From NCBI RefSeq assembly GCF_009914755.1, contig NC_060947.1: a stretch of 64,000 nt of DNA; one strand, given 5' to 3'. Shown here piece after piece: positions 12,506 through 26,369 of this stretch (the first letter of the stretch is position 1; every line of letters starts with the position of its first letter). A model generated the notes under the pieces. It was not told the origin of the DNA. It did not search any database and saw nothing but the letters and a program-made list of their open reading frames with translations. The position numbers were made by a program, and so were the translations under genes. Source of the DNA: the human T2T-CHM13v2.0 reference genome, Homo sapiens.

Positions 12506-12645
12506 CAGCTAACCAAGCCCCAATACTTGGACTGTGCATCTAATTGGAGATGAAATACTCATTGCATGTTAAACAATGTTATATATCAGGGTCTGCTTAT
12601 GAGCTTCCTATAGACTTCCTTTAATCTATATTTCAACCACTTTAT
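12506..12645 (-). pseudogene. Possible exon: end of C2B
   Basis: ctgttag|ATA acceptor, CTG|GTAAAA donor; SL*EAHKQTL ~ SREQTHKLEL; several stops. Confidence 0.4.
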
Positions 12646-13380
12646 CTAACAGTTATAAAAATCTTAGCTTTGAGGAGCATTGTAATGCATGGCAGGAAGT
12701 AGAATCTCCACTCCTACAATTCACCTTTTGATGGTTTGTGGAATAATAACAATAGTAAATAATAAAATACAACAACAATTATGGAGCACATTGTAGATAA
12801 ATTGGTTGCTGTCAATCAGGCAACCAGCAAGTAATGGATACCAGGGTCAAATCCCAGTCCCTGTAACCCAAAGCCCATGCCCCTGCACACTGTTTTTACA
12901 CTGAGTGCCCTTCTGTGTTAGATCAGAGACCAAAAACTTGAAAATGACTTATTCAAGGTCCTGTGCTCAGTTAAGGGGTTTAGTAACTTGGATACATGTT
13001 TGATGACTCCCTTGTTCATCTACCCAAGCCATTACTATTCTTTGCTCTTCTGTACCATTTTTTTTTTCTGAAACTCATAAGAAATTGCTTCACCCATGTC
13101 AAACTAGAAGGAAAATAAAGAGACAAGAAAGCATGTGAAAAAAGGAAGTGATAGAATGGGACAAAAGTTTACTTCATATTAGTGTATTTCCAGATGCCAT
13201 TTTAAATATTCTATTTTATGAAACAAAGGAGGCAGAGTGGACTGTCAGCATAACAAGCCTACCATCTATGAGACATTCTTTTAGATTTTTCTCCTTTTCT
13301 TTTTACAGCAAGTTTGTGAAGATGGCACCCATAGTCTCATTTTACAGATGACCCAGCTTAGACTCACAGAAGGTACATAC

Positions 13381-13543
13381 ATTTTTTGGAGTCAAACATC
13401 TACACCCTGGCCTCTGCATAGGCCGTACAGCAGCCTCCCATTTCAATGATGGCTTTCCAGAGGTTAAGGACTGATAGTGGGAAACTCTCCTGATATGGAA
13501 CCCGGGCTGTATTATGCCACCATTGGCCATCACTACCCTTTTG
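13381..13543 (-). pseudogene. MCTP-like exon: core of C2B
   Basis: catcatcttcatcag|CAA...AAT|gtatgt; HNTARVPYQESFPLSV fits the C2 TLNPxW/YxExF motif; IEMGG ~ EERGG; V*MFD ~ ITAWD. Confidence 0.65.
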
Positions 13544-14063
13544 CTGATGAAGATGATGGTGGGGATAAAAACACTGACAGCATACTGGTCCATGGGCCAA
13601 GAAGCAGAGGTGAAGCTTTTACAAAGACTAGCTGATTCCTGAGATGTCGAACTGGACTCAGGAAGCAGTACGAGCTGTGGCCCTTTGAAAAGAGAACCTG
13701 AATCATAGGCTATTAACATGTACACAACTACTATATAAGGATATTTTATATTTAATGCTAATTCAATCCTAACAACTCTATCCAGTACCAATAATCATCC
13801 CTGTTATATATATTATCAGAAATGGGAGATTAGGTAACTTGACCTAGGCAAATGAACTTATAAATTACTGCTTCAGGATGCAAGACCTGGAATTACTAAA
13901 AAGACTGAGATTTTTCCTGTGAGCTGACATTTGATATTAATCAAGGAATTATTATTCAATTGTTCTTTTGAGAGTAATGTGCTTAAGTATTTTAAAAATA
14001 CTTACAATCATTATAAATGCCATGTTCATAGCAAAAACTAAAAAACAGAATGTGTGTGAAAGT

Positions 14064-17000
14064 TGGGGAAGCGGAAGCCAAGATGACCCACTAGATGCAG
14101 CCAGAAAGAGAATCTCCCACCTAGAGACCAGACCATCAAGAAGATTGGCACACTCTGAGAAAATATTCTGAGGAAGGTAGGAAGGTATTGAGAAAGGATA
14201 GAGGGAGGACACAGATTCTGGAATGAAGGGAGAGGAAAATGGCAACTTTGCACAGGGCTGCCAAGCCCCAGGACTTGTTCCTGGGCCCTAGTGGCTCCCA
14301 AGGAGGGATGAGTTAAACAGGCGAGGAGTGATTCATTCTCACCATGGACCTCTGGAATCCCAGCTGCAGGAGATCTCACAACCCCCATGGATATTTGAGC
14401 TGAAAGGGAGAGATGCTTGGATTGATGGCAGAGACAGGACTGCAGCTTGTGCAGAGCCCAGAAGGCCTTGGCGCAGGAATAGCTGCAGTGGAACACAGCA
14501 AGGGACATCAATTCCCCACATCTCATCATGCTTCTCTAGGTGCCTTTGGCCTTCGTTGACTCAGCCCTGGACAGAGCAGGGCTATCTTGTCCATGGGATG
14601 GGGCTAATCTGATCTGAACACCCTCTGTCTGCTAATCAGTCTTGGGATCCCTGCCTGGACATTGTCACCTGAAATGAAGCCTTGAATGACCAACCAGGGC
14701 ACTCCCTGGAAGCTGCCACCATAACTGCTTCAGCAGCAGACCCCAATTAACCATTGTAGAGCTTCAGCATATGGGCTCATGCTGATCCATACCCACCATA
14801 CCCACCCACCCACAGCCTTTCCCTACTGTTCTTCTGGCACATGCTCACCCAGAGTCCCTCACCATTGCTCTGCCAGTGCACAAGCATTGACCTTCCGTCT
14901 CCATTTTTCTTGGTGTGTGTGCCTACAGGCCTTGCTGCTGCTGCACCAGGCCCACTGACACGTGCAAGCATGTACCCCACCAAACTGCCACTGCCAGTGA
15001 TAGCATTCAGGCACACACTCTGCCACACTGCCTCTGCATGGATGCTGCCACACTGTTTCTGCCAGGAAATGCATACCCCATGGCACCACCATGTGATGCA
15101 TGTATACAGAAGGATGCTGCTCCCCTGCACCCACCAGTGCCCCACCCCTGCTGATGTGTCCGTATCCCACCAGATTGCTGCCAGCACACACCTTCATGCA
15201 GACACTTTCATATCATCACTCCTGGCACAAGTGCATGAGTGCAGACCCCACTGCCACTGCCCCTATAAAGTGCTTGGTCCAGCACTTCCCTTAGGAGTGT
15301 TGCTGCCAGCAGACCAAGAACAACTTGGCCCTTCCAGTGCAGCAGATGTTTAACCCTGAGGGGCTAGAGAACAAAGCCATGGGCCTGGCACCAGCCGCCC
15401 AGAGTTGGACCATGCAGCCCAGGGGTGCTGAGCCGAGCCTTGGTGCCCTGAAATCCTCCAGAAAAAAACACAGTTGCCTGAACTCAACTTATACAACAGT
15501 CAAACCCTCAAGGACATAGAATACAAAAGCAAAGTATCTCATCTAAAGGACAGCAACTTCAAATTAAAGGAACATCAGCCCACACAGATGAGAAACAACC
15601 AGTGGAGGAACTCTGGTAACTCAAAAAACCAGAGTGTCTCTTTACCTCCAAACAACCATGCTAGCTCCCCAGCATTGGTTCTTAACCAGACTGAGATGGA
15701 TGAAATGACAGACACAGAATTCAGAATCTGGGTAGGAATGAAGATCATTGAGATTCAGGTGAAACTCAAAGCCAAATTCAAAAATTCTATGGAATTTAGA
15801 AAAATGATATAAGAGCTGAAAGATAAAATAGACATTTTAAGAAAAAAAAACTGATCTTCCAGAGCTGAAAATCTTACTACAAGAATTTCATAATAGGAAA
15901 TAATAATAACAGAATAGACCGAGCTGAGGAAAGAATCTCAGAGCTTGAAGATTGGTTGCTTGAATCAATTCAGTGAGATAAAAATAAATGGAAAAGAATG
16001 CATAAAACCTCTGAGCAATATGGAATTATGTAGAGACTAAACCTACGACTCATTGGCATCCTTGAAAGAGAGGGAGAGAGAGCAAGCAACTTGGAAAACA
16101 TATTTGATGATATTGTCCATGAAAATTTCCCCAACCTCATTAGTGTTTGATTTGCAAATTCAGGAAGCTCAGAGAACCCCAGCAAGATATTATACAAGAT
16201 GACAATTCCTAAGACATATAGTTATCAGATTCTCCAAGGTCAGTGTGAAAGAAAAACTCTTAAAGGCAGCTAGAGAGAAGGGACAGGTCGGTTATGAAGG
16301 AACCCCATCAGGCTAACAGTGGACTTTTCAGCAGTACCCTACAAACTAGAAAAGATTGGGTGCCTATATTCAGACTTCTTAAAAAAAAAAGAAATTTCAG
16401 TGAAGAATTTCACATCCCGTCAAACTAAGCTTCATAAGCAAAAGAGAAATAAGATCCTTTTCAGGCAAGCAAACACTAAGGAAATTCATTACCACTAGAC
16501 CTGTCTTACAAGAGGTCTTTAAGGGAGTGCTAAACATGGAAACAAAAGGCTGTTACTGGCCACCATGAAAACACACTTAAGTACATATAACATTAACACT
16601 ATAAGGCAACTACGCAATCCAATCTGCATAACAACCAGGTAACAACACAATGATAGGATCAAATCCATGCTTATCAATATTAACCTTGAATGTAAATGAG
16701 TTAAACGCCTCCACTTAAAAGACACAGAGTGGCAGGTTGGATAAAGAAGCAAGACCCAACTCTATGCTGTTTTCAAGAGACTCGTCGCACATGTACACAT
16801 CTGACCCCCAAAGGCACAAAGTAAAGGGATGGAGAAAGCTCTACCAAGCAAACCAAAATCAAAATAGAGGATGAGTTGCTATTCTTATTTCGGACAAGAC
16901 AGACATTAAGCCAGCAATGGTCAAAAAAGATAAAGAAGAGCATTATATAATGATAAAGACTCAATTAAACAACTCTTAACTATCCCAAATGTATATCTAC

Positions 17001-19205
17001 CCAACACTGGAGCACCCAGATTAATAAAACAAGCTCTTAGAGACCTGCAAAGAGACTTAGATAACCACAGGCTAGTAGTGGGAGACTTTAACACTCCACT
17101 TACACTATTAGACAGATTATTAAGGCAGGAAACCAAACAAGATATTTGAGACGTAAATTCAACACTTGACCAAAGGGACCTAACAAATATCTATAGAATA
17201 CTCCACCCAAAAACAGAACATCAATTCTTCTCATCTGCACATGGCACATACTCTAAAATCAACCACACAGTTGGCCATAAAACAATTTTCCACAAATTCA
17301 AACAACCAAAGTGATATCAACCACACTCTCAGGCCACAGCACAATAAAAATAGAAGTCAGTACTAAAAATGTCTCTCAAAATTACATGAAATATCTCTAT
17401 AATTACATGAAAATTAAACAACCTGCTCCTGAATGGCTTTTGGGTAAACAATAAAATTAAAGCAGAAGTCTAGAAATTTTATGAAATGAATGAAAACAAA
17501 GATACAACATACCAGAATCTTTGCAACATAGCTAAAGCACTTTCAAGAGGAAAGTTTATAGCACTAAATGCCCACATTAAAAAAAGTTAGAAAGATTTAA
17601 AATTACAATCACATACCTAGAGGAAATACAAAAACAAGAGCAAAGCTAGCAGAAGAAAAGAAATAAGCAAAGACAGAGCTGAACTGAAAAAAATAATTGA
17701 GATGCGAAAAACCATACAAAAGATCAATGGAACAAAAGGTGGTTATTCAAAACAATAAATAAGATTGATAGACTGCTACCTAGACTAATAAAGAAAAAAT
17801 AGAGAAGATCCAAATAAACTCAAGAAGTAATGACAAAGGTGACATTACCACTAACCACATAAAAGTACCAAAACTCCTCAGACTATTATGAACACCTTTA
17901 TACACACAAACTAGAAAACCTGTAAAATGGATAAATATCTGGAAAGCTACAACCTCACAGGATTGAAGCAGGAAGAAATTTAAACTCTGAGCAGACCAAT
18001 AATGAGTTTCAAAGTCGAAGCACTAATAAAAAAACTACCAACCAGAAAACTCCTGGAACAGATGGGTCCACAGCCATATTCTACCTGATGAATAAAGAAG
18101 AGCTGGTATCAATCCTACTGAAACTACTCCAAAAAGTTGAGGAGGAATGACTCATCCCTAACTCATTCTATGAGGCCAGCATCATTCTGATACCAAAACC
18201 AGACAGATACACAAAGAAAAAAGAAAACTTCAGGGCAATATCCCTGATGAACATAGATTCAAAAATCCTCAACAAAACATTAGCAAATTGAATCCAGCAA
18301 CACCTCAAAAATCTAATCCACCAGGATCAAGTAGGCCTTAATCCTGGGATATGAAGTTAACTCAACATATGCAAATCAATAAATGTGATTCACTACAAAA
18401 ACAGTACTAAGAACAAAAACCATGCGATCACCTCAATAAACGCAGAAGTTTTCAACGAAATTCAACATCCCTTCATGTTGAAAATTGTTAACAAGCTAGG
18501 CATCAAAGGAACATATCTCAAATAGTAACAGCCATCTATGACAAACCCGCAGCCAATATCATACCAAATGGGCAAAAGCTAGAAGCATTCCCTTTGAGAA
18601 TTGGACCAGACAAGAATTCCCACTCTCACCACTCCTATTGAACATAGTTCTGAAAGTTCTATCCGGAGCAATCAGGCAAGAGAAAGAAGCAAAAGGCATC
18701 CAAACAGGAAGAGAGAAAGTCAAACTACCTCTCTTCCCAGACGATATGATTCTATACTAGGAAAACCCCATAGTCTTTTCCCCAAAGCTCCTAGATATTA
18801 TTTAAAAAAACCTTCAGCAGAGTTTCAGGACACAAAATCAATGTATAAAAATCAGTAGCATTTCTACACACCAACAATGTTGAAGCTGAGAGCCAAATTA
18901 AGAATGCAATCTCATCAGAGATGATAGAAACAAATAGAAAAACAGTCCATGCTCATGCTCAGGAAGAATTAATATTGTTAAAGTGGTCATACTCCCCAAA
19001 GCAATTTAGAGATTAAATGCTATTCTTATCAAACTACCAATGACATTCTTCACAGAACTGGAAAAAGCCATTTGAAAATTCATATGGAACCAAAAAAGTC
19101 TGAATAACTAAAGCAATCCTAAGCAAAAAGAACAAAACAGGAGGCATTTCATTACCTGATATCCAACTATACTACAGGGCTGCAGTAACCAAAACAGCAT
19201 GCTGA
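14064..19205 (+). mobile_element. Long L1 (L1PA13-16-like) with 5'UTR, ORF1 and ORF2; 3' end missing
   Basis: GCCAAGATGACCCACTAG start; ORF1-like MDEMTDTEFRIWVGMKIIEIQ; EN/RT sequence; stops at AAAACAGCATG with no 3'UTR or polyA. Confidence 0.9.
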
Positions 19206-19580
19206 TGATAGAGGATACCCTCATTTTATAAATTTGTATTTCTATAGTATTTTAAATAATTGTGAACTGATTAACATATGCTACTCATATTCACTGCTTC
19301 AGAAACATGTTCATAGTATACTGTTTTACAGGTAAAATAAACAAGTCAAAACAATTTATTTGATACTACTTCTTTGTGAGTATGTATGTTTCTGTATCTC
19401 AAACTTCTTGATGCCAATTATTAATACACTAACTCCTGCAGCTTTCTATTAAGCTCACATGGGGCTGAACTTGAAGACTCAGCATGTCAAGATCCTAGGG
19501 TGAGCACGAATATAGAAGGATTGCTATTAGTATGCAGAAAATTCCAGAAAGCTGTGGCCTATATAATGGAATTTATTCAC

Positions 19581-19702
19581 CTCTCTATTCTCCTCCATTC
19601 TCTCACACTTTCTTTAGCTCTCTAGTTGATACTTTCACATCTGCAATTCTGACTCTGATCACCAGATAGTATCTTTTTCTATTTTCTATGGGTTACTTTT
19701 TC
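19581..19702 (-). pseudogene. MCTP-like exon: C2B GKSDPY segment
   Basis: gtgttttcaacag|GA AAA AGT AAC CCA TAG = GKSNP* ~ G(L/K)SDPY; donor GAG|GTGAAT. Confidence 0.7.
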
Positions 19703-20035
19703 CTGTTGAAAACACAATTTTTATAAACAGAAGCAAAACTTCCTCAAAGCAGATGACAAAACAATAGGTACATGTGAGATCCCAACTCCCTTTGAAAAAT
19801 TCATGATTATAAAAAGACTGAAAGAACATATTGTTGGGTTTTCTGCTCACTCCTACAACTACATGTAATTACTTGTTAAATATGTAATATTTGTGTACTG
19901 TGTGCCAAGTACTGTCAGTCCAATTCTATATTGGCTTTTTCACACCTTCCCTCTTGATCTCTAGATCTGTAAAACAGAAAAGTCCGTAGGCAGCAACATG
20001 GATCTTGGTGCCCACTCCATGCTGTATGACCTTAC

Positions 20036-20096
20036 ATGGACTCCATTCCAAGCAAGTTTTGTCCAACTTTCACCTTGAGACCTGGAAACTCAGCAT
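20036..20096 (-). pseudogene. MCTP-like exon: start of C2B (5' boundary uncertain, 20081 or 20096)
   Basis: PGLKVKVGQNLLGMES aligns ungapped with VSITLIEGRDLKAMDS; donor CAT|GTAAGG. Confidence 0.7.
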
Positions 20097-20476
20097 CTAA
20101 ACCGGAAATTGTGTGGTTGAGTTGGGGAGTTTGCTACCTTCAGAAACTGAGGCATTTTGTAATCCACACCTCTGTCCTCTTGCATAGCACTAATGCTTCT
20201 GAGCAAATCTCACTTCCAGATAGAGTGAACAATGTGTTAACCTTTGTGTAGTTTCAGTCTTTGTTTTTCTCTTGGGTGTGAACTAGAGGTCTTACTTGTT
20301 CTTTAGTTCTTGGCTATGTCAGAATGGTAGATTTCTGAGCTGGTTTTGTATGTGCTTTAACCTTAAGAGGGTGGTCACTCCCATTTAGTTGTCCAAAGGC
20401 TCCATCTGAGAAAATATGGTGGTTTTTTTTACTTCAGGTAAGACCTTGTCTCCCAGTTGTGGGGGGATTAACTCAC

Positions 20477-20669
20477 ATCCACAGGAGACAGAAAAGAGTA
20501 GAGACTGAGTTGTCAAAGACAAGCACAAGGCTGGGACCCTGTTCTGGATATCTAATTTTCCTGATTTAATGGAATAGTTTTTATATATTTCTTGCATGAT
20601 GGTAACCTACCCTAAGGATTCTCTTTATATCCAACACCCAATATAATCCAAATCTCTCTCTTCTTTTTC
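20477..20669 (-). pseudogene. MCTP-like exon: end of C2A (frameshifted)
   Basis: ccgtggacag|GAA...GAT|gtgagt; DLDYIG / LDIKRIL ~ DDFMGSAFLDLTQL; LSLYSFLSPVD ~ IILLSVILTPKE. Confidence 0.65.
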
Positions 20670-20711
20670 CTGTCCACGGAAGTATATGCACAGGAAAATT
20701 TCTTTATAACA

Positions 20712-21770
20712 CAGTAGTGGAGAAACCTTGTGTAACTGTGACATAAAATCCAGAAGCAATAAAGGAAAAAAGTGATACATGTGATTTTAGTTAAAAATGT
20801 GTGGTAGGCCAGGCACAGTGGCTCACGCCTGTAATCCCAGTGCTTTGGGAGTCCAAGACAGGAGGATCACATGAGGCCAAGAGTTTGGTACAAGCCTGGG
20901 CAACATAGCAAGACCCTATATCTTACAAAAAATTTAAAAACAAATAGCTGGGGATAATGGCATGCCCCTGTAGTCCCAGCTACTCAGGAGATTGAAGTTG
21001 GAGGATCCCTTGAGCCCAGGAGTTTGTGGCTGAAATGAGCTATGATTGCACTACTGCACTCCAGCCTGGGTAACAGAACAAGACCCCAATTTCAAAAAAA
21101 AAAAAAGTGGCCAAAAAAATCCCATAAGCAAATTAAAATTTAAAAAATTAAAAATTGGAAAAAATATTTATACTTAGATTAAAAAGGTTATATCACTAAT
21201 ATATAGAAATCTTATGAAAAAGTGAATGCAAAAACCAACAACCTGAAAGAAAAGGGGGCAAGAAATACAAACAGGTATTCTACTAAAAAATGGTCCTTAA
21301 ACACAAGGAAATGCTCAACCTAACTCATGATAAGTGCTGCAAAGAAAAATGATTTCAACAAATTACTTCTCACCAATTAGTCTATGAGAAAGTAGGCATT
21401 CTCACATATTTTTGGTGGTCATGTAAAATGATACTACTCTATAGACAGAATTCAATACTATCTAGAAAATTAGAGGCATTTACTCTTGGAACCAGCAATC
21501 TCTCATTTAAGAATTTATCCCAAAGAAATGATGCAAAAACACCAAAGGGCATAGGCACAGGCTAGTCCTGGCAGAACAATTCATATCAACAGAAGACTAG
21601 AAATAAGACAATGTCTTCAAATAGTGGACTGGTTGAGCAAATCTAAAGTACACCTACATCCTGGAGTACTATTCTGCTATAAAAAGCCATGAAAACTCCC
21701 TCTATATACTGCTATGAGTGATCTGCAGGTTATATTGTTAAGTGAAAAATAAAGTGCAGAAAAGTTTTAG
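20712..21770 (+). mobile_element. Old L1M 3' fragment, split by AluJ
   Basis: Degenerate ORF2 C-terminal and 3'UTR L1 sequence. Confidence 0.6.
20807..21106 (+). mobile_element. AluJ
   Basis: Dimeric Alu with GGAGGATCCCTTGAGCCCAGGAG (J-type) and A tail. Confidence 0.9.
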
Positions 21771-21978
21771 CTATGGCGGTTCGATACAATAGCCACTAGC
21801 CACAAGCGGCTATTTAAATTTAATTTAACTAAAGTAAAATGAAGCTTAAAATGTAGTTATTCAGGCACACTAGCCATATTTTAGGTTCTTGACAACCACT
21901 TGTGTCTAGTGGCTACCATGTTGGACAGTTCAGAGACAGAACATTTTTATTTCTGCAAAAACTTCTATTGGTCAGCAG
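21771..21978. mobile_element. MER3 hAT-Charlie MITE
   Basis: TAGCCACTAGCCACA...GTGTCTAGTGGCTACCATGTTGGACAG internal inverted repeat. Confidence 0.8.
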
Positions 21979-22149
21979 TTGTGTAGAATGTGCCACTTTT
22001 TACCTGTGAATGGGGAGAAAAGAAATAGACATATTACATTTGCATACATATACAAAGTTTGAAAATTTAAAACAAAAATACAAAAATGATAACCCGTAAG
22101 GGGATGGAGGAGCAGCACAGACGGAACCCCATGTTGTATATTATCTTAA

Positions 22150-23530
22150 AATTATAATACATATTTACTGGTTCCATGTACTGAAAAAAGCAAGAAACAA
22201 TGACCAACCCCATAGCAATGAGCAACTCTAGGTCTCAGATTGAATCCTCTTTTAACATTTCCCACTAAAAGGCACCAGGATCCCTTGGAGAAATGGCTGA
22301 TTCCAGATCTGGGATCAGGAATGTACCAGGCAAGTTTAAACCAAACTATCATACCAGAGAGCATGTCAAATAGACTCAGAAACGAACCTGAAGGGGATAC
22401 CACAGGAAAAAGATAGAACATATAAAAGATTAATGCTTGCAATGGATTAAAACACATCAAATGCATAAGGATTTATGAGTCCATGAGGACACTCTAAAAT
22501 GCAAACACACAAATAAAATCAACTCACTGCTCACCTTTGGAGGCTCAAGGGAAACAACCCATAGTTCTGAAAAAGTGGAAATACTGCAAAGGAATTAAAC
22601 ATTCACCCTATCCTTCCATTGTGTACCTTTCCACAGAGTAAACTAATAGTTGGCGACAGGAAGTTTCTTTTGTTAAAAAATTCCAGCTAATAAATGCAGA
22701 AGAAATTATAGAATTAGAACATTACCTTCTGCAACCTTTAATTAAATGAAGATCTAGGAAATAATCATAGAGGCTACGAAAAACATGAGATAAAAAGCAG
22801 ACGGCAAATTTTACAATGCATGCATCAGACTGACAACACCCAAATCCAGTGATCAATCTCAATGTCAGAGAAGGAGAGACAACTGGACTTCATGAGCCTC
22901 TTGCTGTGACACTATAGAAAGAAACACCAGCACATCTGAGGTACTTTTACCAAAAGCTTGAATCTAATGAAACCTCTTTTCTACTTACCAATTAAAAAAA
23001 ATGAGAGGCAGAAGGACATAATAAAAAACAATAAGAATATAATCAGCAAAATCAAGAATGTAAACTATGCAGGATAAAACATCCAGTTTCTTAAACAAAT
23101 GAAATGGAAAATTAAAAAAAAAGAGGGAAGACCTTCTTTAGATTAAAAAAGACTTAACATTTCATAAAAATTAAAATTAAAACTAAATGAAACAGCACCA
23201 CACACCCACTAGAACATCAAAATGAAAAGAAGGAAAATATCAAGTGTTGGTAAGGATGTGAAGCAACTGCAACTCTTACACACTGCTGATGGGAGTAAAG
23301 ATGGGCACAACCACTTTGGAAAATTTCTTGGCAGCATCAACAGAGCTGACATACAGAAGCCCTATGACTCAGTAGTGCCACTCTTGGGTACATGTCCAAG
23401 AAATAGAAATAAATGTTCATCCACAATGTATGTATAAGGTTGTTCATACCACCAATATTTGCAATAAGTGAAAAACTGGAAAATATCCATATCTTCATAG
23501 CAGATGAATATATTGTGAAATATTCACACA
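22150..23530 (+). mobile_element. L1MC/L1ME 3' fragments
   Basis: CCTTGGAGAAATGGCTGATTCCAGATCTGGG (L1MC 3'UTR); ORF 23222 resembles the L1 ORF2 C-terminus. Confidence 0.7.
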
Positions 23531-23864
23531 ATGCCTTTTGTTTTTATAATTACATTTTTCTTTTTCTTAAAAAAATACTCTCTGATACCTGGCAAAATTC
23601 CTACTGAGGCATAGTTTTCACACCAAGGGATAGGAACCCTAATAACATCAATCACCATAAGCTGACATGGTTCAACAAATGTCTTTTTCTTCTTACTGAC
23701 TGTACCAGTTAAAAGTGTGGGCTCTGGAGACAGACTAGGGACAAGCTTTACTTCTTACAAACTGCATCACTTTGAATCCTTTTACTTCATCTTAAAGTCA
23801 CTCAAATGCCTCATCTGTAAAACTGGGATTATATACTACTTACCATAGAAGAAAAATAAATTAA

Positions 23865-24195
<331 letters not shown>

Positions 24196-24689
24196 GTGTT
24201 TTGGTTTTTAAAAGGATAAGTCAATGGTGAGGAATAACTTTATTTTTAAAATTCTACTTTAGAGACACTGGGATATCTGACTGTGATCTTGGGAGAGTAA
24301 AAGTGCCTCGCTGTGCCTCAATTTTCTCTTTTGCAGACTGAAAGAAACAATTGTCACTATCTAATGAGTTGCTGTTTTGAGAATTACTTGAGTAAATGCA
24401 TGAAAACCTTTAAGGCAATGCTAGGCACACAGGAACAGCCCAATAAATGCTAGCTGTTTTTATCAAATACTTACAAGTTAAGATTTATATAGTTTTTATA
24501 GTTTGCAGCTATCTTTAATAAAGTTCATAATCTTACAACTGAATCCTTTTCATTAACTGTTATATTTTTAAAATCACTAACTTTCACTACAACCACTGTT
24601 GGATTACCTAATTACTTTGAGAATCTCTCAAAAGCACTTGGAAGGACTCATCTCAGAAAACAGCACCGCTATTTCTTACATGGCTGTAC

Positions 24690-25440
24690 AAAAAGCTGAG
24701 GGGTCTTCCTTGACTCTGCCTTATTCCCACACAACCCACATGCACAGCCACTACAGATCTCACCTGCCCAACTTCCAAATGTGCCCTGTCCAGGTCCACT
24801 CCATCCTCTGGACTTCTGCATTATTTTCCTAATTGTTATCCCCACTCCCTATCTTGTCCCTGTCCAGTCCATTCTCCAAATAGCGACCAGTCAGCTTCTG
24901 AAAAAGTGAATCAAATCACATCTCTCTCACACTCTAACCTTCCACAGTCACAATACAATCATCCAGACTCCTTACATGGCCCAAACCATGTGGCTTCTTT
25001 GTGCCCCTTCAACCTCATCTCCCATCATTCTGCACTTACTTGCCAGGCTTCAGCCATTCCAGCTTGTCTTCTGCTCCTGGATCAATGGTGCCCACACACA
25101 GTGCAGGGACACTGACAAAATGGCCTGTCTATGTGCCTGGCTTCTTCCTGTTATTCAAGACTCAGCTCAAATGTCACTTCCTCAGAAAGAGTTTTACTCA
25201 CACGCCTATATAAGATAATCCATATTCTGATTATTTTTATTCTATTTATGTGTTTATGTTTTTCAAAGCAAAAATTCCCTTAAGAAATCTCCTGGCTTAT
25301 TTATTTGTTTATTTGCCAATTTTCTCAAACTAGAGTGATAGATCCAGGGACCCTGCCTGTCTTGTTCTCTGTCATGTTCCCCCAGTGCCTAGACCAGAGT
25401 CTCACACAGAAATCACTGAATAAATATTACTAAATTGAAG
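24690..25440 (+). mobile_element. L2 3' fragment
   Basis: CTCAGCTCAAATGTCACTTCCTCAGA and CCCAGTGCCTAGA...AATAAATATT are L2 3' end motifs. Confidence 0.75.
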
Positions 25441-25569
25441 TAATTGTTACAGATTGAACTCACCAGAGAAGACACATATATTCAAAGCTGAGAGGCAGGA
25501 ACAACTGACAATGAAATTAAACATCAAAGGTTTCAAAATTTTAAGAAGATCTTGTAGTAAATCCATAGC

Positions 25570-25735
25570 AGTGCTTTTCAAACTTGAATGAGTACCAGAA
25601 ACAACTGGATAAATTACTAAAAATGTAGCTCCCTCTCACTCCACATCCCTGGTTTTGGTTCAACAGACCTACAGTGAGCCCAGTAATCTGCAATTTTAAC
25701 AATTTGATGGAATGGATCACACTTGGAAAAATCCT
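25570..25735. mobile_element. MER5 MITE
   Basis: CAGTGCTTTTCAAACTT...AATCTGCAATTTTAACA. Confidence 0.6.
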
Positions 25736-25761
25736 GACGTAAACAGTTCATTTTTGAGTAC

Positions 25762-25897
25762 CATTAATTTAATGCCTTTATGTAGAGTTCTTGGATATCT
25801 GGGGTGTTTTTGTTAATGAAAGTACACTGGTTCTTCTCTCCCACCTAAGGCCAGATTGCTTTCCCACATGGGATCACACTTAAACTCCAGAGTACTC
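25762..25897 (-). pseudogene. MCTP-like exon: core of C2A
   Basis: cctttcaaccaatag|G; spliced reading FKSTLEFKCDPMWES ~ FRSKIIHKNLNPVWEE; QELYIKALN ~ EPLYIKVFD. Confidence 0.7.
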
Positions 25898-25954
25898 CTA
25901 TTGGTTGAAAGGACTGGGTATTGTTATTTTGCTAGTGGAAGGGTAGTGACTTAC

Positions 25955-26095
25955 TTAAAGTTTCACCATGATGGGACCCTGATCTGTTCACTCTTGTTCA
26001 AATAACCTGTATTGCAGACTCCATGTCACACATGGTTCTTCTCTATCAGCTCCTGATTCTAGGGTACAGAGTCCATACCCTTGTCTGATGTCAAA
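25955..26095 (-). pseudogene. MCTP-like exon: start of C2A
   Basis: ccccttactctctcttctag|TTT...TAA|gtaagt; FDIRQGYGLCTLESGADREEPCVTWSL ~ ITLRRGQSLAARDRGGTSDPYVKFKI. Confidence 0.75.
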
Positions 26096-26262
26096 CTAGA
26101 AGAGAGAGTAAGGGGATAAGAAAATACATGGGATGAGGAGGAAAGTAAGAGGATGAGAAGGCACATTAAATACAGGATGGGGTGATGATGTCTGGCCTAT
26201 CCCCACTTAGTTAACGGGAAGCTGTGCAATGAAGTTTTCTCTTTTCTGCAGCCCCATCTTAC

Positions 26263-26369
26263 AACTGCCTCCCACAGAACGATGACACTGAAGCTCACAT
26301 AGAATGGAAGTGTGGGCTTATCCCTGTTTGCTGTTACACTTCCAAGTATTGTCCTTGGTAGTCATGCTG
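26263..26369 (-). pseudogene. Candidate first coding exon
   Basis: agcATG at 26365; ends LWEAV|gtaaga in phase with FDIRQG (~ MYQLDITLRRG); needs a frameshift from the ATG frame. Confidence 0.4.

Noticed and set aside
13381-13543. ARID-like motif (RVP...LNLWKAIIEMGG)
   Set aside because: Flanking ARID helices are missing, and the position between C2B exons fits a C2 core better.
14038-15353. Several overlapping 100-170 aa ORFs
   Set aside because: They lie in a GC-rich L1 5'UTR and are chance open frames.
19964-20437. Plus-strand acceptor at 19964 and donor CAG|GTAAGA at 20437
   Set aside because: No coherent plus-strand exon chain or coding signal. An antisense non-coding exon cannot be excluded.
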